DNA from: Armatimonadota bacterium
GTDB lineage: Bacteria; Armatimonadota; SYMT01
Assembly (NCBI GenBank): GCA_046292385.1
Contig: JBKBRF010000055.1
Coordinates: 3,686 to 22,571 of the forward strand
Reading direction: 5' to 3'
DNA length: 18,886 bases
Shown here: positions 1 to 7,678 of the stretch, piece by piece
How the letters are laid out: each line of letters begins with the position of its first letter
Numbering within the stretch: position 1 is the stretch's first letter
The notes under the pieces: model-generated
The model's input: the letters and a program-made list of their open reading frames with translations, nothing else
Database searches by the model: none
What the model was told of the DNA's origin: nothing
Made by a program: the position numbers and the translations under genes

Positions 1-399
1 GCCTACTCTGCGCTTGGCCCGGTAGGATGTGGTGGCGGTGCGGAAGCTGGCTCTCGTTGGCAGGGCGGAATTTGAGGCGAGAGGGGCGGGGCGCCTACGG
101 GAGAGGCGTATTCCGTATCTGGCGTATTTCGTATTGCGTAGCGGGTAGCTTTCTCCGCTCTTCAGAACGTCGTACCGGGCGGGAGGCCTACTCTGCGCTT
201 GGCCCGGTAGGATGTGGTGGCGGTGCGGAAGCTGGCTCTCGTTGGCAGGGCGGAATTTGAGGCGAGAGGGGCGGGGCGCCTACGGGAGAGGCGTATTCCG
301 TATCTGACGTATTTCGTATTGCGTAGCGGGTAGCTTTCTCCGCTCTTCAGAACGTCGTGCCGGGCGGGAGGCCTACTCTGCGCTTCGCCCGGCAGGATG
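1..399. repeat. 185-bp-period tandem repeat: two full copies (1-185, 186-370) plus a partial third (371-399); probably truncated by the window start
   Basis: GCCTACTCTGCGCTT starts at 1, 186 and 371. Copies 1 and 2 differ at only two positions seen by eye (122/307 G>A, 174/359 A>G). Confidence 0.95.
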
Positions 400-450
400 C
401 TTCGCAAGGCGGTACCGGCACGCCGCTACGCAATACGCGATACGCAATAC
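291..450. repeat. Inverted-repeat element with heptamer-periodic arms (CGTATTN)n ... (TACGCAA)n
   Basis: CGTATTGCGTAGCGG (315-329) is the exact reverse complement of CCGCTACGCAATACG (423-437). Both arms extend as degenerate 7-bp repeats. Confidence 0.85.
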
Positions 451-1310
451 TAAGCCAGCTCCCCCAGCGCGGCTACCGTCTGCCGCAGCTCCGCTTCTTC
501 CGCCGGTTCGAGGTCGCCGAACGGCAGGCGGGTCTCTCCGAAGTCGAAGCCCTGGGCGCGAAGGAGCGCCTTGAGGCCGCCGATGCCGCCGTAGCCCTTG
601 ACGGCGGTGCGGACGCGGTCGATCGTCGCCTGGGACTCCGCGTCGCCGTTCCAGATCCGGACGAAGGTGCGCGGGTAGAGGTTGGCGAGCGCGGAGATGA
701 AGCCGTCCGCCCCCATCCGGCGCGCCCGCAGCGCGAACGAGTCGCTGGCGCCGTAGACCGGAGCGCGGCCCTGGACGGTGTCGAGCAGCTCCTGCAGCCT
801 CTCCGGCTTGCCGGTCGAGTCTTTGATCCCCTGCACCACGCCGTCGCGGAGAAGGCGGTCGAGCACCGCCGTGCTGACGCCGTTCACCGCGTACTGGGGG
901 ATGTGATAGGCGAAGAGCGGCAGCGAAGTCTGCTCCCGGGCGGAGGCATACCAGCGGTAGACCGCCTCGTCGGTGGCGGGGTAGTAGATCGGCGTGGTGA
1001 GGAAGACGGCGTCCGCGCCGGCGGCTTCGGCCGCGCGCGCCAGCCGGCCCACCCCGGCCGGATCGAGCGCCCAGATGCCGGCGATGACCCGCAGGCGGCC
1101 CGCGGCGCCCTCCACCGAGGCGCGGACCACCTCCGCGCGCTCCTCTTCCGAGAGATAGAGGAACTCCCCCGTGGTGCCGGCGGGCGCGACCGCCGGGATG
1201 CCGGCCTCCGCCAGGCGCGCCACGTGCCGTCGCACCCCCTCCGCGTCGACGCGTCCCTCGCGGAACGGCGTGAGCGTGGCGACGATCATCCCGGTAATCG
1301 GCTCACTCAT
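450..1310 (-). CDS. Dihydrodipicolinate synthase / N-acetylneuraminate lyase family aldolase (286 aa)
   Basis: TLTPF, GTTGE, catalytic Tyr in YHIP and Schiff-base Lys in IKDS. ATG at 1310 overlaps the upstream stop (ATGA). The longer ORF to 1727 overlaps the pfkB-family gene. Confidence 0.92.
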   Translation of the reverse strand: MSEPITGMIVATLTPFREGRVDAEGVRRHVARLAEAGIPAVAPAGTTGEFLYLSEEERAEVVRASVEGAAGRLRVIAGIWALDPAGVGRLARAAEAAGADAVFLTTPIYYPATDEAVYRWYASAREQTSLPLFAYHIPQYAVNGVSTAVLDRLLRDGVVQGIKDSTGKPERLQELLDTVQGRAPVYGASDSFALRARRMGADGFISALANLYPRTFVRIWNGDAESQATIDRVRTAVKGYGGIGGLKALLRAQGFDFGETRLPFGDLEPAEEAELRQTVAALGELA

Positions 1311-2272
1311 CCTGCAGCTTCTTTCTCCACACAGGTCCGCGGCGGCACCCCGGCCGCCCAGCTCTCGATCTCTGCCGCGGGCGCCATGCCGGTGACCGCG
1401 CCCACGTGGCCCACGGCGCGGGCGCCGCAGGCGTTGGCGAACCGCAGCGCGCGCTCCACCGGCCAGCCGCGCAGGCGGGCGTAGAGGAACCCCGCGATGA
1501 AGCAGTCGCCCGCGCCGGTCGTCTCGCGCACCTCCACCCGCAGCGCGGGGAGCGCCAGCGGGCCCTCCTCTCCCAGGTAGTAGCAGCCGCGCTCCCCCAG
1601 CTTCACCACCACCTCCCGCGGGCCGAGCGAGCGCAGCCGCGCCGCCATCTCCGCCGGGTCGGTCGCATCGCTCAGCCGCGCCGCCTCTTCCTCGCTCGGC
1701 ATCAGGAGGTCGACGTGCGGCATGCACGGCGCCAGCGTCTCCATCCAGCGGCCGCGCTGGTCCCAGCAGACGTCGACCGAGGTGGTGAGCCCCCGCTCCC
1801 GCGCCGCGCGCAGCAGGCGGGCCGCCGGCTCGCCGTCGAGCCCGGGGAGCACGTAGAAGCCGCAGAGGTGGAGGTGCCGGACGCCGTTCAGCGCGGACCA
1901 GTCCAAACTCTCCGCGTCGACCCGCGCGTTGGCTCCGCGGTAGTAGATGAAGCTCCGCTCGCCAGTGGTGTCCACCGGGACGAGCGTCACGCCGGTGGCG
2001 ACGTCCGGCAGACGCAGCACGGGACGCGTGTCGACCCCCCAGCCTTCCAGCGCCTCCAGCAGAAACCGGCCGTAGAGGTCCTGCCCCACCGCGCCGGCCG
2101 CCGCCGCCGCGCCGCCCAGCCGCGCCAGCGCTCCCGCGGTGTTGGGGCCGTTCCCGCCGACGTGCGTCTCCAGTGTGTCGAGCAGGCTGAGATGCCCGCG
2201 GCCCGGGAGCCGGTCGATCGGCTTCCCGATGATATCGACGACGAAGTTGCCCAGGACGACGATTTCCGGCAC
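1307..2272 (-). CDS. PfkB/ribokinase-family carbohydrate kinase (321 aa)
   Basis: N-terminal GGNGPNTAGALARLG, VGQDLYG, PSEEEA, VVKLGERG and the C-terminal ETTGAGDCF signature. GTG start. Confidence 0.95.
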   Translation of the reverse strand: MPEIVVLGNFVVDIIGKPIDRLPGRGHLSLLDTLETHVGGNGPNTAGALARLGGAAAAAGAVGQDLYGRFLLEALEGWGVDTRPVLRLPDVATGVTLVPVDTTGERSFIYYRGANARVDAESLDWSALNGVRHLHLCGFYVLPGLDGEPAARLLRAARERGLTTSVDVCWDQRGRWMETLAPCMPHVDLLMPSEEEAARLSDATDPAEMAARLRSLGPREVVVKLGERGCYYLGEEGPLALPALRVEVRETTGAGDCFIAGFLYARLRGWPVERALRFANACGARAVGHVGAVTGMAPAAEIESWAAGVPPRTCVEKEAAG

Positions 2273-2319
2273 GGCTAACCTACGGGTCTGTTCAGCTACT
2301 TCTGACGCGGGAGAACCTG

Positions 2320-2424
2320 GTTTTCAGGTTGCAGGTTGGCAAGTTTCAGGTTCCGAACCCCGACCTTCGGTGGTCCAAACCTGGAACCTGACAACCTGTA
2401 AACCTGCAACCGGGCGGAGCCGGT
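2320..2424. repeat. ~100-bp palindromic REP/MITE-like element, copy 1 (CAGGTTG arms around a CCGAACCCCG...CGGTGGTCC core)
   Basis: Left arm of CAGGTT heptamers and right arm of AACCTG heptamers. It aligns along its length with the reverse complement of 4073-4176. Confidence 0.88.
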
Positions 2425-3179
2425 TAGACCGGGTTGGGGAGGTCGATGAAGAGGTGCTGGAGGCCGAACCGCTCCGCCAGATGCTCGCCGACGGCGCGGA
2501 TGCCGAGCGTCTCCGTGTTGTAGTGGCCCGCGCCCACGAAGTGGATCCCGTTCTCGAGCGACATGTTCATCACGTACTCGGACGCTTCCCCCGTGATGAA
2601 CATGTCGAGGCCTGCCTCGACCGCGTCACCCAGCATGCTCTGCGCGCCGCCGCTGACGATGCCGACGCTCCGCACCTGGCGCGGCCCGTTCCGGAAGGTG
2701 AGCGCCTGGGAGCGATAGAGGAGGTTGATTTCGTCGAGTGCGTCCACGATCGGCTTCGCCGGCTCCCACTCGCCGCGGAATCCGATCGCCTTGCCCCCAG
2801 ACTCGCCCCACGGGCGGATGTTCGCGAGCCCCAGCCGCCGCGCTGCCAGCGCGTTGTTGCCGACTTCCGGGTGCGCGTCGAGGCAGAGGTGGTACGCCGC
2901 CAGGGTCAGCTCGTGCCGCAGCAGGAGCTCGAGCCGGCGCTTCAGCGCGCCCTTTACCACGCGAGAGTCGCGGTCCCAGAAGATGCCGTGGTGCACCAGC
3001 ACCATGTCGGCGCCGACCTCCGCCGCCTTCTCGAAGAGCGCCACGCTGCCGGAGACACCGGTCACCACCGACCGCACCTCCGCCCGGCCCTCCACCTGCA
3101 GCCCCTGCGGGCCGTAGTCGCGGAACTCCCCCACACGCAGGTAGTCGTGCAGGTAGCCAAGGATCTCGTCTCGTTTCAC
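2424..3179 (-). CDS. Nif3/YbgI-like dinuclear metal centre protein (GTP cyclohydrolase 1 type 2 homolog family), 251 aa
   Basis: DYGPQGLQVEG, VHHG, YHLCLDAHPEVGNN, FITGE and GHYNTE motifs. The GTG at 3179 has GGAGA upstream and gives the typical family length. Confidence 0.93.
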   Translation of the reverse strand: MKRDEILGYLHDYLRVGEFRDYGPQGLQVEGRAEVRSVVTGVSGSVALFEKAAEVGADMVLVHHGIFWDRDSRVVKGALKRRLELLLRHELTLAAYHLCLDAHPEVGNNALAARRLGLANIRPWGESGGKAIGFRGEWEPAKPIVDALDEINLLYRSQALTFRNGPRQVRSVGIVSGGAQSMLGDAVEAGLDMFITGEASEYVMNMSLENGIHFVGAGHYNTETLGIRAVGEHLAERFGLQHLFIDLPNPV

Positions 3180-3215
3180 GGGGTCATCTCCAGCAGCGGT
3201 TGCGATTCCGGACGG

Positions 3216-3248
3216 GAGTAAGAGTACGAGTAGGAGTAAGAGTAGGAG
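3216..3248. repeat. Hexamer tandem repeat (GAGTAV) x5.5
   Basis: gagtaa gagtac gagtag gagtaa gagtag gag. Confidence 0.9.
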
Positions 3249-3265
3249 CCCGGTTCGGAAGGCTG

Positions 3266-3301
3266 CCCATCCCCATATCCCCAATCCATCTCGACATCCC
3301 C
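3266..3301. repeat. Degenerate octamer tract (CATCCCCA-like), related to 7486-7522
   Basis: CATCCCCATATCCCCAA (3268-3284) matches the reverse complement of 7505-7521 at 15 of 17 positions. Confidence 0.65.
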
Positions 3302-3318
3302 TTTTCTTACACGTCCCG

Positions 3319-4071
3319 CTAACGAGCCGTCCAGCCGCCGTCGACCGGCAGGACGGCGCCGGTGATGAAGCGGCTCTCGTCGCTGGCGAGGAAGAGGGCG
3401 GCCTGGGCCACGTCTTCCGGGGAGCCGAGCTCGCCGGTCAGGGGCTGCAGGTCCGCAACCAGGGCCAGGGTAGCGGGGTCGGACTGCGCTCGCTCGCTCA
3501 TCGGGGTGCGGATCAGGCCGGGGCAGAGGGCATTGACGCGGATCTTCTCCCGGGCGTAGTGGACCGCCATCGCGCGGGTGAGGGAGATCAGCGCGCCCTT
3601 GCTGGCGGCGTAGGCGTGGGTTGAAAACGCCTCGTGGCCGCCTATGCCGAGCACGGAAGAGAGCTGGATGATGCTGCCGCCGCCCGCGCGCCGCAGCAGG
3701 GGAATCGCGTGCTTGCTGCAGAGGAAGGAGCTGCGGAGGTTCACGTCGAGCACCCAGTCCCAGCCCTCTTCGGTGCAGAGGTCGACCGGACCGTCCCCGT
3801 GCCGCCGCCCGCTCGCGCCGACGACGTTGAAGAGGACGTCGAGCCGCCCGTACCGCTCCGCCACGCCCTGGAAGAGCTCGGCCACGGCCGCGCCGGAGGT
3901 GACGTCGACGGAGAAGTAGGCCTCGGCCTCCGAAGGGGGCAGCGGCGCCGGGGAGAGGTCCACCCCCACGACGCGGGCGCCCTCACGCGAGAAGAGAGCG
4001 GCGGCGGAGCGGCCGATGCCGCCGGCCGCGCCGGTGACCAGGGCCACCTTGCCCGCCAGCCGCCCCGCCAT
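3319..4071 (-). CDS. Short-chain dehydrogenase/reductase (classical SDR), 250 aa
   Basis: TGAAGGIG cofactor motif, catalytic Ser (LSS), YAASK, IRVNALCPG and VDGG. AAGGAG Shine-Dalgarno 6 nt upstream. Confidence 0.96.
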   Translation of the reverse strand: MAGRLAGKVALVTGAAGGIGRSAAALFSREGARVVGVDLSPAPLPPSEAEAYFSVDVTSGAAVAELFQGVAERYGRLDVLFNVVGASGRRHGDGPVDLCTEEGWDWVLDVNLRSSFLCSKHAIPLLRRAGGGSIIQLSSVLGIGGHEAFSTHAYAASKGALISLTRAMAVHYAREKIRVNALCPGLIRTPMSERAQSDPATLALVADLQPLTGELGSPEDVAQAALFLASDESRFITGAVLPVDGGWTAR

Positions 4072-4072
4072 A

Positions 4073-4176
4073 CCGAGCTCCTTCCTGGTTGCAGGTTAGC
4101 AAGTTGCAGGTTGCAGGTTGGGACCACCGGGGACGGGGTTCGGAACCTGGAACTTGCTAACCTGCAACCTGCTAAC
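4073..4176. repeat. ~100-bp palindromic REP/MITE-like element, copy 2 (inverted relative to copy 1)
   Basis: Reverse complement reads ...CAGGTTGCAGGTTAGCAAGTTCCAGGTTCCGAACCCCGTCCCCGGTGGTCC..., against copy 1 CAGGTTGCAGGTTGGCAAGTTTCAGGTTCCGAACCCCGACCTTCGGTGGTCC. Confidence 0.88.
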
Positions 4177-4187
4177 AGAGCGGCAGG

Positions 4188-4559
4188 CTAGCCGCCGCGG
4201 CGCTGCTGGATGCCGGCCAGGATGTCGTCCAGCTTGCGGGCGGTGGGCAGCAGCTCCGGGTGCTGCTCCCAGAAGTCTTCCGGCCGCAGGCGCGAGGCGC
4301 GGAACGGCTCCTCGATCTCGCGGGTGAAGCCCTGGATCACCACCAGCTCCAGCGGCTCGGCGACGGCGATCACCGTCTGGCGATCGATGCCGGTGCCGAG
4401 CACCTTGAACGGATTCTCGGGGTCCCTCGGAACCGCATCCAGCGCCGTACGTCGGCGGGGAGGTCCGCCGGGCCCGCCTCCGCTTCCGGGAGGTCCGCCG
4501 GGTCTGCGGCGCGGGGGTCCGCCGCCGGGTCGCTGGTGGGGTCGCTGGGGTCGCCTCAT
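4188..4559 (-). CDS. Hypothetical protein, 123 aa, with an Arg/Pro/Gly-rich N-terminus and a small globular-looking C-terminal region
   Basis: ATG with AGAGGA Shine-Dalgarno, GC-rich third codon positions, co-oriented with neighbours and filling the gap. No family recognised. Confidence 0.75.
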   Translation of the reverse strand: MRRPQRPHQRPGGGPPRRRPGGPPGSGGGPGGPPRRRTALDAVPRDPENPFKVLGTGIDRQTVIAVAEPLELVVIQGFTREIEEPFRASRLRPEDFWEQHPELLPTARKLDDILAGIQQRRGG

Positions 4560-4613
4560 GAATCCTCTTCTACTCGGAACAGGGGTGCAATCCGCCTGGG
4601 TGATAACTTGCTG

Positions 4614-4622
4614 AGTATACCA
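4614..4622 (-). promoter_or_regulatory. Putative extended -10 promoter element (TGGTATACT)
   Basis: The minus strand reads TG-G-TATACT, close to TGnTATAAT, about 55 nt upstream of the 4559 start in a very GC-rich background. Confidence 0.55.
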
Positions 4623-4656
4623 CGCCGGTCGCCGCCGGAACCACGCGGCCGGGGCG

Positions 4657-5019
4657 CTACGGCCCGGCGACCGCCGGTTCGATCGTCAACCGGTCACCGG
4701 CTTCCGCGGGGGCCGCTCCCGCCGGCAGCTCCACCACTCCCGCGGTGCCCCGCGGCGCCAGGGCCACGCGCCACGGCCGCACTCCCCGGGCGACCCGCAG
4801 CACGCGGAGGTCGCGATCGAGAAAGAGCACGTCGATCGCATACCGCAGCCCCCAGGTGTGGATGCTTCCGCCGGGCACCAGCCAGAGCCCCTCGCCCGGC
4901 TTTAGCGGCGGGCGCGCCAGCAGCCCCAGCGCCCAGGCGAGCCCCGGGCCGGGCCGGTAGAGCCGCTCCGCCAGCACCCCGCGCGGACCTCGCAGCCGGT
5001 AGACACGCTCTCCGCTCAT
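4657..5019 (-). CDS. DUF192 family protein (~120 aa)
   Basis: GLLARPPLKPGEGLWL..SIHTWGLRYAIDVLFLD and VVELPAG match the DUF192 pattern. The start was set at MSGERV. Confidence 0.85.
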   Translation of the reverse strand: MSGERVYRLRGPRGVLAERLYRPGPGLAWALGLLARPPLKPGEGLWLVPGGSIHTWGLRYAIDVLFLDRDLRVLRVARGVRPWRVALAPRGTAGVVELPAGAAPAEAGDRLTIEPAVAGP

Positions 5020-5102
5020 CAGTTGGCTCTTCGTCTGGCAGGTCCGGCGTGAAACTTCGCGTCGGTCGCACTGTCCCATGGAACCAGGAGTATTCTGCCT
5101 CT

Positions 5103-7466
5103 ATGGTCCAGCCGAAGCGTCGTTTCTCCCTCCAGAACCTGCTCCTCCTGGCCCTGGCCGGGGGCGCGGCACTCGCCGCGGGGACCGCCGCCGCGCGGGA
5201 GACGGCCCGGTTCACGCCGACCCAGCTCCGGCACTGGGCCTGGAAGAAGCCCGCTCGTCCGGCCCTGCCGCAGGTGCGCCGCGCCGCCTGGGTTCGCAGC
5301 CCGATCGACGCCTTCGTGCTGGCGCGGCTGGAAGAGCAGGGAATCGGCCCGGCACCGACCGCCACGCGCGCGGAGCTGATCCGGCGCGTCGCCTTCGACC
5401 TCACCGGCCTGCCGCCCACGCCGGACGAGCTGGAAGGGTACCTGGCGGACCCGGCGCCCGGCTCCTACGAGCGGATGGTCGACCGCTACCTCGCCTCTCC
5501 CGCCTTCGGGGAGCGGTGGGCGCGCCACTGGCTCGACCTCGCTCGCTACTCGGACAGCAACGGCTACGAGTTCGACGAGGCCCGGCCGGACGCCTGGCGC
5601 TACCGGGATTACGTGGTCCGCAGCTTCAACTCCGATAAGCCGTACGACCGGTTCGTGAAAGAGCAGCTCGCCGGGGACCAGCTCGCGCCGGAGGACCCGG
5701 ACGCCCGCATCGCCACCGGCTTCAACCTGCTGGGGCCGGACATGACCGACGCGGCGGACCAGGCGGCGCGGCGGCAGAACACGCTGAACGACATGACCGA
5801 CACGGCGGGGCTGGTCTTCCTCGGCCTGACGGTCGGCTGCGCGCGCTGTCACGACCACAAGTACGAGCCGATCACCATCCAGGACTACTACCGCCTGCAG
5901 GCGTTCTTCGCGCCCGCGCAGTTCCGGAACGACCTGCCGGTGCCGACGCTGCAGGACCTCCGCCGCTACCGCGAGGCGAAAGCCGCGCACGAGGCGCGCC
6001 TGGCGCCGCTGCAGGAGCGCGTGATGGCGCTGGCCGGCACCGCGCGGGACGACCTCCGCGAGAAGAAGATCGCCGCCCTACCGGAAGACCTCCGCACCGC
6101 GTTCCACACGCCCGACCCGGAGCGGACGGTAGAGCAGCGCCTCCTGGTGGAGCGAAACGAGGCTCGCGTGGAGCCGAAGGCGGAAGAGGTGCTGCCGCTG
6201 CTGCCGGAAGCGGCGCGCGCGGAGTACCAGCGGCTGGTGAAGGAGCTGCGGACGGTCGAAGGGCAGCGCCCCCGTCTCCCGACCGCGATGGGACTGACGG
6301 AGAACGGGCCGACCGCGCCCCCGACCCACGTGCTGGAGCGCGGGGAGCTCGCCAACCGCGCGCACCCGGTTACCCCCGGCATCCCGCAGGTCCTGCCGGC
6401 GCAGGGCTACCGGCCGCCGGTGCCGGACGCCGCCCACACCGGCCGCCGCGCCGCCCTGGCCGCCTGGATCGCCAGCCCGGAGAACCCGCTGACCGCCCGG
6501 GTGATGGTCAACCGCGTCTGGCAGCACCTCTTCGGCCGCGCCATCCTCCCCACCCCCAGCGACTTCGGCCTCCGCGGCGCCAACCCCACGAACCCAGAGC
6601 TCCTCGACTTTCTCGCCTGGACGTTCTCCTCTCCCGCCAGCGACCGCGGGACAGCCCCTGGGACAGAGAGACAGAGAGACGGAGTGAAAGAGAGAGTCCG
6701 AACCGCCCCTTTGCGTGGGCCAGCCGTCGCCTCCGGGAGTAAGGGTTCGAGATTCATCCCTCATCCCCCATCCCTCATCCCTCAAGAGGGCTTATCTTGG
6801 AGCATGAAGGGGCTGATCCGGCTGATCGTCACCTCGAACAGCTACAAGCAGTCGACCCGCCCCCCGGCGCGGACGCTGAAGGTCGACCCGGAGAACGAGC
6901 TCTTCTCCCGCATGAACCGCAAGCGGCTGGAGGCGGAGGCGGTGCGGGATACGCTGCTGGCGGTAAGCGGCCGCCTGAACCCCAAAGCCGGCGGGCCCGG
7001 GGTCTTCCCGCCCTTCTCCAAAGAGGCGCTGCCGGCCGGAGCGATCTGGAACGTCTCTCCGGACCCGCAGGACCACCTGCGCCGGAGCCTCTACATCTTC
7101 ATGCGGCGCAACCTGCGCTACCCCGCGCTCGAGGCGTTCGACGCGCCCGACACCAACTTGAGCTGCGAACGCCGCGAGGTGACGACCACTGCCCCGCAGG
7201 CCCTGGCGCTGCTCAACGCACCGGAGATGCAGGAGCACGCGCGCCACTTCGCCGCCCGGGTGCTGCGGGAGCGCGCCACCGAAGCGGAGCGGATCGAGCG
7301 CGCCTACCGGCTCGCCTTCTCCCGCCCGCCCACCGAGCTGGAAGCCCGCCTCGCCCGCGAGTTCCTGGCAGAGCAGGCCGCCCTGCACGGGGGGAATATG
7401 GAGAAGGCGTGGTCGGACTACTGCCTCGCCCTGATGAACCTGAACGAGCTCGTCTACGTGGAATGA
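5103..7466 (+). CDS. Exported DUF1549/DUF1553 (PSCyt2/PSD1) domain protein, 787 aa
   Basis: Signal peptide, then HWAW, PIDAF, LIRRVAFDLTGLPPT, GERWARHWLDLARY, CARCHDHK, NPLTARVMVNRVW, RLEAEAVRD and PQALALLN. AGGAG lies upstream of ATG 5103. Confidence 0.93.
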   Translation: MVQPKRRFSLQNLLLLALAGGAALAAGTAAARETARFTPTQLRHWAWKKPARPALPQVRRAAWVRSPIDAFVLARLEEQGIGPAPTATRAELIRRVAFDLTGLPPTPDELEGYLADPAPGSYERMVDRYLASPAFGERWARHWLDLARYSDSNGYEFDEARPDAWRYRDYVVRSFNSDKPYDRFVKEQLAGDQLAPEDPDARIATGFNLLGPDMTDAADQAARRQNTLNDMTDTAGLVFLGLTVGCARCHDHKYEPITIQDYYRLQAFFAPAQFRNDLPVPTLQDLRRYREAKAAHEARLAPLQERVMALAGTARDDLREKKIAALPEDLRTAFHTPDPERTVEQRLLVERNEARVEPKAEEVLPLLPEAARAEYQRLVKELRTVEGQRPRLPTAMGLTENGPTAPPTHVLERGELANRAHPVTPGIPQVLPAQGYRPPVPDAAHTGRRAALAAWIASPENPLTARVMVNRVWQHLFGRAILPTPSDFGLRGANPTNPELLDFLAWTFSSPASDRGTAPGTERQRDGVKERVRTAPLRGPAVASGSKGSRFIPHPPSLIPQEGLSWSMKGLIRLIVTSNSYKQSTRPPARTLKVDPENELFSRMNRKRLEAEAVRDTLLAVSGRLNPKAGGPGVFPPFSKEALPAGAIWNVSPDPQDHLRRSLYIFMRRNLRYPALEAFDAPDTNLSCERREVTTTAPQALALLNAPEMQEHARHFAARVLRERATEAERIERAYRLAFSRPPTELEARLAREFLAEQAALHGGNMEKAWSDYCLALMNLNELVYVE
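6627..6790 (+). repeat. In-frame repeat-derived insertion in the DUF1553 domain (octamer tract 6661-6697, heptamer tract 6751-6783)
   Basis: 57 codons separate ELLDFLAWTF from WSMK, where the family normally has about 4. The insert contains GACAGAGA repeats and TCATCCC repeats and has atypical codons. Confidence 0.8.
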
Positions 7467-7581
7467 GGGATTTTGGAACCTCTCAGGAGATGGGGGGATT
7501 CTGGTTGGAGATGTGGGGATGTCTTTGACTATCGCAGTTTGGGCGACCAGCCGGTCTTTAACCCGGACTCCACCCATAGCT

Positions 7582-7616
7582 CCCCTCTCCTCTCAGGAGA
7601 GGGGGCGGGGGTGAGG
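7582..7616. repeat. REP-like hairpin CCCCTCTCCT-ctc-AGGAGAGGGG followed by GCGGGGGTGAGG
   Basis: Perfect 10-bp stem (7582-7591/7595-7604). It resembles the widespread CCCTCTCCC..GGGAGAGGG..GGGGTGAGG extragenic repeat. Confidence 0.75.
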
Positions 7617-7678
7617 CCGCGCCGAAGAGGCGCACTCCTCGCTCTATGTCGGACGCGATGACTGAAGTGAGAGGCACG

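Noticed and set aside
1..399. CRISPR array
   Set aside because: The units are near-identical over their full 185 bp with no unique spacers, and no cas genes are in the window.
27..407. Short ORFs 27..260 (+) and 162..407 (-)
   Set aside because: They lie wholly within the tandem repeat and show no protein-like features.
3180..3284. Signal-peptide-like poly-Leu N-terminal extension on the Nif3 protein
   Set aside because: The Leu run is the translation of the GAGTAV hexamer tract. The GTG at 3179 has a Shine-Dalgarno and gives normal family length.
4260..5102. 281-aa N-terminal extension of the DUF1549/DUF1553 ORF
   Set aside because: It overlaps two minus-strand genes and is an Arg/Pro/Ala-rich shadow frame. 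The signal peptide begins at 5103.
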